This document shows positions 58,898-64,000 of a DNA stretch of 64,000 nt, in pieces (position 1 is the stretch's first letter; each line of letters starts with the position of its first letter). This DNA is from Candidatus Latescibacterota bacterium (GTDB lineage Bacteria > Latescibacterota > UBA2968 > UBA8231), in contig OZ220089.1 in the NCBI GenBank assembly GCA_964291625.2, positions 1,536,001 through 1,600,000 of the forward strand. The letters run 5' to 3'. The notes beneath the pieces were generated by a model. It did no database searches, was not told where the DNA came from, and was given only the letters and a program-made list of their open reading frames with translations. The translations under genes were made by a program, and so were the position numbers.

Positions 58898-60298
58898 TCA
58901 TCCCGCGCGCCGGACGCGCCGCGCGTAGTGGTCGGGCAGGTGCTCCTTGACCTGCTCCTCCAGCTCCTCGTCGGTGATGGCGCTCAGGCGGCCGTGGACC
59001 TCGTACTGGTCCATCACCCAGCGCGCCACCTTGTGGACCTTGATCTTCGACAACCGGGCGTCGCCCTCGAGGCCGAGGAAGTCGTTGACCCACAGGGCGA
59101 CACCGTCGACGCCGGACTTGTCGGTGATCGCCACCCGCGGCGGCCGGCCGAAGAGAGCGGTGGTGTCGAAGATGTTGTAGATGCGCTCGTCGGCGCGCAG
59201 GCCGCCGGCGTGGATGCCCGCCCTCGTGGTGTTGAAGTCGCGGCCCACGAAGGGGTAGTTCGACGCGATCTCGACGCCGAGGGAGCGCATGTAGTCGGCG
59301 ATCTCCTGGATCATCCGAGTGTCGATGCCGCAGAGGTCGCCGCGCAGGGCGATGTACTCGATGAGGGCTCCCTCCAGCGGCGGGTTGCCGGTGCGCTCGC
59401 CGAAGCCGAGGAGGGTGGTGTTGACGGCGTTGCAGCCGTAGAGCCAGGCCGTGGCGCCGTTGACGTGCACCTTGTGGAAGTCGTTGTGGCCGTGCCACTC
59501 CAGGCACTCGGGCGGCATCCCCACGTCGTGGGTCATGCGGTAGATGATCTTGGGGATCGACCGCGGCAGGGCCACCCCCGGCGAGGGGACCCCGAAGCCC
59601 ATGGTGTCGCACAGGCGGATCTTCACGTGCAGGTCGGGCGGCACCTGCTCGGAGCGGCGCTTCAGCTCCGACACGTAGGGCAGCACGAAGCCGTCGAAGT
59701 CGGCCCGCGTCAGGTCCTCGAGATGCACCCGCGGACGGATGCCCGCCTCCCAGGCCGCCTCGATGACCTCGATGTAGTCGTCGAACGCTTTGCGCCGGTC
59801 CTTCTTGAGCTTGTAGAAGATGTGGTAGTCCGACGATGGCGTGAGCAGCCCCGTCTCCTTGACCTCCGCCTCCTTCACCAGCCGGAAGTCGCCCTTGTCG
59901 GCGCGGATCCAGGAGGTGATCTCCGGGTAGCGGTGGCCGAGGGCGCGGCAGTCGTCCAGGGCCTTGCGGTCGTTGGCCGTGTAGAGGAAGAACTCGGTCT
60001 GCCGGATCACCCCGTTGGGCCCGCCGAGGCGGGCCAGCATGTCGAAGATGGCGACCTGCTGCTCCACCGTGTACGGGGCGCGCGCCTGCTGCCCGTCGCG
60101 GAGGGTGGTGTCGGTGATCACCAGGTCCCGGGCCAGCATATCGGCCGGATCGAAGGTCACCACCTGCCCGTCGATCTCCTCGTGGATCGGAGCGTCGAAC
60201 TCGATCTTCGGCGGCAGGGCGTAGTCGAACATCTCGTCGAGCAGGTTCGGCTCCTCCACCTCCCGCAACTCGAGCCGGCCTGTCGTGGCCACCGTCAT
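58898..60298 (-). CDS. DRE-TIM metallolyase, Re-citrate synthase-like
   Basis: ITDTTLRDGQQAR, IRQTEFFLY, SDYHIF, EDLTRAD, HGHND, GERTGN. Confidence 0.8.
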   Translation of the reverse strand: MTVATTGRLELREVEEPNLLDEMFDYALPPKIEFDAPIHEEIDGQVVTFDPADMLARDLVITDTTLRDGQQARAPYTVEQQVAIFDMLARLGGPNGVIRQTEFFLYTANDRKALDDCRALGHRYPEITSWIRADKGDFRLVKEAEVKETGLLTPSSDYHIFYKLKKDRRKAFDDYIEVIEAAWEAGIRPRVHLEDLTRADFDGFVLPYVSELKRRSEQVPPDLHVKIRLCDTMGFGVPSPGVALPRSIPKIIYRMTHDVGMPPECLEWHGHNDFHKVHVNGATAWLYGCNAVNTTLLGFGERTGNPPLEGALIEYIALRGDLCGIDTRMIQEIADYMRSLGVEIASNYPFVGRDFNTTRAGIHAGGLRADERIYNIFDTTALFGRPPRVAITDKSGVDGVALWVNDFLGLEGDARLSKIKVHKVARWVMDQYEVHGRLSAITDEELEEQVKEHLPDHYARRVRRAG

Positions 60299-60315
60299 CT
60301 CTCCGTCTCCTTTTG

Positions 60316-60558
60316 CTAATCCAGATGCTTGCCGATGAAGTCGATGGCGCCGCCCACGGTCTGCACGGCGAGGGCGTCGTCCTCGTCCATCTCGATCTCG
60401 AACTCCTCCTCGAACCCGGCCATGAGCTCCACCGACTGCACCGACTCGGCGCCGAGGTCGGCGGTGAAGGAGTGGGATTCCTCGATGCGGCCCTCGTCGA
60501 TCTTGAGCACGCTGGCGATCACTCCGTAGACCCTCTGCTTGACGTCGTCCCTGTCCAT
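60316..60558 (-). CDS. acpP: acyl carrier protein
   Basis: DLGAESVQSVELMAGFEEEF..TVG. Confidence 0.85.
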   Translation of the reverse strand: MDRDDVKQRVYGVIASVLKIDEGRIEESHSFTADLGAESVQSVELMAGFEEEFEIEMDEDDALAVQTVGGAIDFIGKHLD

Positions 60559-60563
60559 GTTCC

Positions 60564-61316
60564 CTACCTCGATGCGAGCTTGGACGCCGCGCCGGCGTCG
60601 ATGATGAAGGTGCAGTCCGGGTGGTCCTGCAGCAGGCTGGCCGGGCAGTCCTCGGTGAAGGGGCCCTCCACCGCCGCGGCCACGGCGTCGGCCTTCTTGT
60701 CGCCCGTGGCCAGCAGCACGATGGCCCGGGCCTCGCGGATGGTGCCGATGCCGGCCGACAGGGCGCAGCGCGGCACCTCGGCCGGGTCGGAGAAGAACCG
60801 GCCGTCGCTGTTGGCGTCGATCGTCTCTTGCGTGAGGCTCACCAGGCGGGTGCGCGAATCGACGGGGCTGCCCGGCTCGTTGAAGGCGATGTGGCCGTTG
60901 CCGCCGATGCCGAGGAGCCACAGGTCGACGCCGCCGGCCGACAGGATCCTGTCCTCGAAGGAGCGGCACTCCAGCTCCGGGAACCGCGCCCGGCCGTTGA
61001 GGACGTGGGTGTTCCACGGCAGGATGTCGACGTGCCGGAAGAGGCGGTCGTCCATGAAGTGGCGGTAGCTCTGGTCGTGGTCGCCGCCGAGGCCCCAGTA
61101 CTCGTCGAGGTTGAAGCTGGTGACGCCGGCGAAGCGGAGGCCCTCGTCGCGGTGCATGCGGGCCAGCTCGGCGTAGGTCGCCTCCGGGGTGGACCCGGTG
61201 GCCAGGCCGAGAACGGTCTCGGAGCGGGAACGGATGACGCCGGCCAGGGCGGCCGCCGCCCGGCGCGCCACGCCTTCCGCGTGGTCGCAGATTTCGAGCT
61301 TGATGTTGCCGGACAT
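60564..61316 (-). CDS. nagB: glucosamine-6-phosphate deaminase
   Basis: LGLATGSTP, FNLDEY, LGIGGNGHIAFNEPG, CPASLLQ. Confidence 0.93.
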   Translation of the reverse strand: MSGNIKLEICDHAEGVARRAAAALAGVIRSRSETVLGLATGSTPEATYAELARMHRDEGLRFAGVTSFNLDEYWGLGGDHDQSYRHFMDDRLFRHVDILPWNTHVLNGRARFPELECRSFEDRILSAGGVDLWLLGIGGNGHIAFNEPGSPVDSRTRLVSLTQETIDANSDGRFFSDPAEVPRCALSAGIGTIREARAIVLLATGDKKADAVAAAVEGPFTEDCPASLLQDHPDCTFIIDAGAASKLASR

Positions 61317-61471
61317 TGGGGAGCAGGGGGGATTGGGGTTGGGGAGGAGATCGCCGTTTTCGGGGCACGAATGTACGACAGGTCCGAATTCTGGTAAAAC
61401 CGCCGGCGGGGGCCCGCCCGGGCGCCACCTTGACACTCCTCGGGGGGCGGCTAGCTTTGGCGCGCTCCGCC

Positions 61472-63415
61472 ATGACCACTCACCTCCCCCTGACCGCCGA
61501 GGCGGTCTCCGCCCTGGAGACCCGCGGCTGCACCTGCCACGACTGGAGCCGCGTCCGCGTCTCCGCCGGCTTCGATCCCGCCCGCGTGCGCAACGTCCAC
61601 TTCGCCGGTGACGTCCGCCTGGGCAACCTGAGCGGCTCGGCGGAAGTCGAGGAGGGGGTGCCGCTGCCCGCCGCTCTGTCCGATGCCACCATCGTCGACT
61701 GCGAGATCGGCGACGACGTGCTCGTCTCCGGGGTCGGCTGCCTGGCCCGCTACCGCGTGGAGGACGGCGCCGTGGTCACCGGCGTGGGCTCCGCCATCAC
61801 GCGCCCGGGGGCCCGCTTCGGCAACGGCGTGGAGGCCAGCCCCGTCAACGAGGGCGGCGGCCGCGAGGTCACCCTCTACGCGGAGATGTCGAGCCAGTAC
61901 GCCTACCTGATGGCCATGCACCGGCACGGCGAGGGCCTGGTGGAGGGCCTGCGGCGGATCGCCGAGGGCTACGCCGAGGGGGCCGCCTGCGACCGCGGGC
62001 GGATCGGCGCCGGGGCCCGGGTGGACCAGGTGGGCCGCATGATCGACGTGAACGTGGGACCCGCCGCGCGGGTGCTCGGCGCCGAGCGGCTGGGCAACGG
62101 CACGATCCTGTCGGAGCCGGAGGCGCCGGCCCGGGTCGGCGCCGGCGTCTGCGCCGAGGACTTCATCATCGCCGAGGGCGCCGAGGTCGAGGGCGGGGTG
62201 GTGCTGCACACCGCCTTCGTCGGCCAGGGGGTGCAGCTCGGCAAGCAGTTCTCGGCCGAGAACTCCCTGTTCTTCGCCAACTGCGAGGGCTTCCACGGCG
62301 AGGCCTGCTCGATCTTCGCCGGCCCCTACACCGTGACCCACCACAAGTCGACCCTGCTCATCGCCGGCGTCTATTCCTTCTACAACGCCGGCTCGGGGAC
62401 CAACCAGTCCAACCACATGTACAAGCTCGGCCCGGTGCACCAGGGCGTGATCCAGCGCGGCACCAAGAACGGCTCCTTCTCGTACATGCGCTGGCCCACC
62501 GTGGTCGGCCCGTTCTGCGTCATCATCGGCAAGCACCTGAACAACTTCGACATCGGCGACCTGCCCTTCTCCTACGTCACCGAGGAGGACGGCGAGTCCC
62601 TTTGCACGCCGGCGATGAACATGTTCACCGTGGGCACCGTGCGCGACGGCGACAAGTGGCCCACGCGGGACCGCCGCGAGGGCACGACGAAGCGCGACCA
62701 GATCCGCTTCGAGGTCTACAGCCCCTACACGGTGGGCAAGATGCTGCGCGGCGAGGCCCTGCTGAAGGAGCTGTACGAGGGCACCAGCCGGGAGGTGGAG
62801 CTGGTGCGCCACAAGGGCGTGGTGATCAAGCGCCTGCTGCTGCGCCGCAGCGCCCGCAACTACGCCGACGGCATCGACGCCTACCTGCGCGGCCGGGTCC
62901 TCGAGCGCGCCTCGGAGGCGCGCCGGGCGGGGGATGCGGAGGCCCTGCGGCGGGTCCTGGCCTCCGGTGACGGCGTCCACAGCGCCGACTGGACCGACGT
63001 GGGGGGACTGCTCATGCCCCGCGAGCGTCTGCGCCGCATCGAGGCCGCCGTCGCCGGCGGCGAGCTGGACTCCCCCGCGGCCCTGGACGCGGCCTTCGCC
63101 GAGGCCGCCGCCGCGTACGAGGCCGACGAGTGGGAGTGGGTGCGCGCCGTCTGGCGCGACCGCACCGGCACCTCGGCGGAGGATCTCACGCCGGCCTGCC
63201 TCGACGAGATCGAGGCCGACCACCGCAAGGCCGCCGCCTCCTTCGTGCGCCGGATCCTCGCCGACGCCGAGAAGGAGTTCGACCCCATCGCGCGCTTCGG
63301 CTACGGCCTCGACGGCGGCGAGAGCGAGCGCGAGCGCGACTTCGCGGCCGTGCGCGGCGGCTTCGACGACAACTCCTTCGTGCGCCAGATGCGGGACCAG
63401 CTCGACGCCGGCTGA
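61472..63415 (+). CDS. DUF4954 family (left-handed beta-helix-like) protein
   Basis: NEGGGREV, HGEACSIFAGPYTVTHHKSTLLIAG, NAGSGTNQSNHMYKLGPVHQG. Confidence 0.85.
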   Translation: MTTHLPLTAEAVSALETRGCTCHDWSRVRVSAGFDPARVRNVHFAGDVRLGNLSGSAEVEEGVPLPAALSDATIVDCEIGDDVLVSGVGCLARYRVEDGAVVTGVGSAITRPGARFGNGVEASPVNEGGGREVTLYAEMSSQYAYLMAMHRHGEGLVEGLRRIAEGYAEGAACDRGRIGAGARVDQVGRMIDVNVGPAARVLGAERLGNGTILSEPEAPARVGAGVCAEDFIIAEGAEVEGGVVLHTAFVGQGVQLGKQFSAENSLFFANCEGFHGEACSIFAGPYTVTHHKSTLLIAGVYSFYNAGSGTNQSNHMYKLGPVHQGVIQRGTKNGSFSYMRWPTVVGPFCVIIGKHLNNFDIGDLPFSYVTEEDGESLCTPAMNMFTVGTVRDGDKWPTRDRREGTTKRDQIRFEVYSPYTVGKMLRGEALLKELYEGTSREVELVRHKGVVIKRLLLRRSARNYADGIDAYLRGRVLERASEARRAGDAEALRRVLASGDGVHSADWTDVGGLLMPRERLRRIEAAVAGGELDSPAALDAAFAEAAAAYEADEWEWVRAVWRDRTGTSAEDLTPACLDEIEADHRKAAASFVRRILADAEKEFDPIARFGYGLDGGESERERDFAAVRGGFDDNSFVRQMRDQLDAG

Positions 63416-63443
63416 CCGCCGCCCCATCCCCCCGGGGCCGGAC

Positions 63444-64000
63444 TCAGCCGGCGCGCAGGGACTTGGGCCGGTAGTGCCCGGGATCGATGTCGAGTTGCTC
63501 CAGGCGCGTGTAGAGGTACTTTCGCGACAAGCCGATGGCGTCGGCCACGTGGGTGATGACGCCGTTGTGCCGCCGCAGGGCGTGGCTCAGGAAGCGGCGG
63601 TCGAACCACTCCCGCGCCTCTCGGTAGCTCACCTCCCCCAGGTCCTCCAGGGCCTCCGCCGCCCGCCCCTGGCGCCAGGCGGAGACCTCCACGGGCACGT
63701 CCGCCGCCGTCAGCCGCGCCCCCCGGGACAGGACCACCATGCGCTCGAGGGTGTTCTCCAGCTCGCGGATGTTGCCGGGCCACGGGTAGTCGACCAGCAG
63801 TTTCACGGCCTCGTCGTCGATCTCCCGCGGGAACCGCGGCGGCGTTCCGGGGCGTTGCCGCCGCAGGAAGAACTCCACCAGGAGGGGCACGTCCTCGCGC
63901 CGGTCCCGCAGGGGCGGCAGCTCGACGGGGATCACGTGGAGCCGGTAGAACAGGTCTTCGCGGAACCGCCCCCGGCGCACCTCGGCGGCCAGGTTCACGT
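63444..64000 (-). CDS. sigma-54-dependent transcriptional regulator (partial, 3' end)
   Basis: FREDLFYRL..LPPLRDR, WPGNIRELEN, Fis-type HTH. Confidence 0.92.
   Translation of the reverse strand, partial: VNLAAEVRRGRFREDLFYRLHVIPVELPPLRDRREDVPLLVEFFLRRQRPGTPPRFPREIDDEAVKLLVDYPWPGNIRELENTLERMVVLSRGARLTAADVPVEVSAWRQGRAAEALEDLGEVSYREAREWFDRRFLSHALRRHNGVITHVADAIGLSRKYLYTRLEQLDIDPGHYRPKSLRAG

Overview
GC-rich bacterial DNA. The FlgD-Ig/'PNPFNP' C-terminus and sulfatase-rich gene content suggest a Latescibacterota/Gemmatimonadota-like lineage, though this is inference only. Core catabolic and housekeeping genes lie at about 0.9-19 kb and 54.7-64 kb: enolase-family enzyme, TonB receptor, DMFase-like protein, ECF sigma locus, sulfatases, Gfo/Idh/MocA oxidoreductases, ferritin, Re-citrate-synthase-like enzyme, ACP, nagB and DUF4954. 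Between them is a mosaic accessory region with three notable parts. (1) A ~14.8 kb segment is bracketed by a 748-bp direct repeat. It carries IS630, an 89-bp MITE, a degenerate tRNA-Val and a ~2765-aa secreted M6-type metalloprotease/adhesin gene split by an ISKra4 element with an 8-bp target duplication. (2) A decayed AbiEi/AbiEii-WYL toxin-antitoxin locus is interrupted by an IS21 relic and a PD-(D/E)xK-like ORF. (3) A minus-strand defence-like cluster (54.6-47.3 kb) holds a small putative toxin plus an ImmA/IrrE-like gene, followed by sspA-sspB-sspD phosphorothioation genes. sspC and sspE are absent, a 13-codon mini-ORF sits where sspC should be, and an unknown protein and an HNH nuclease follow. 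All product calls come from motif recognition by eye; no database searches were run.
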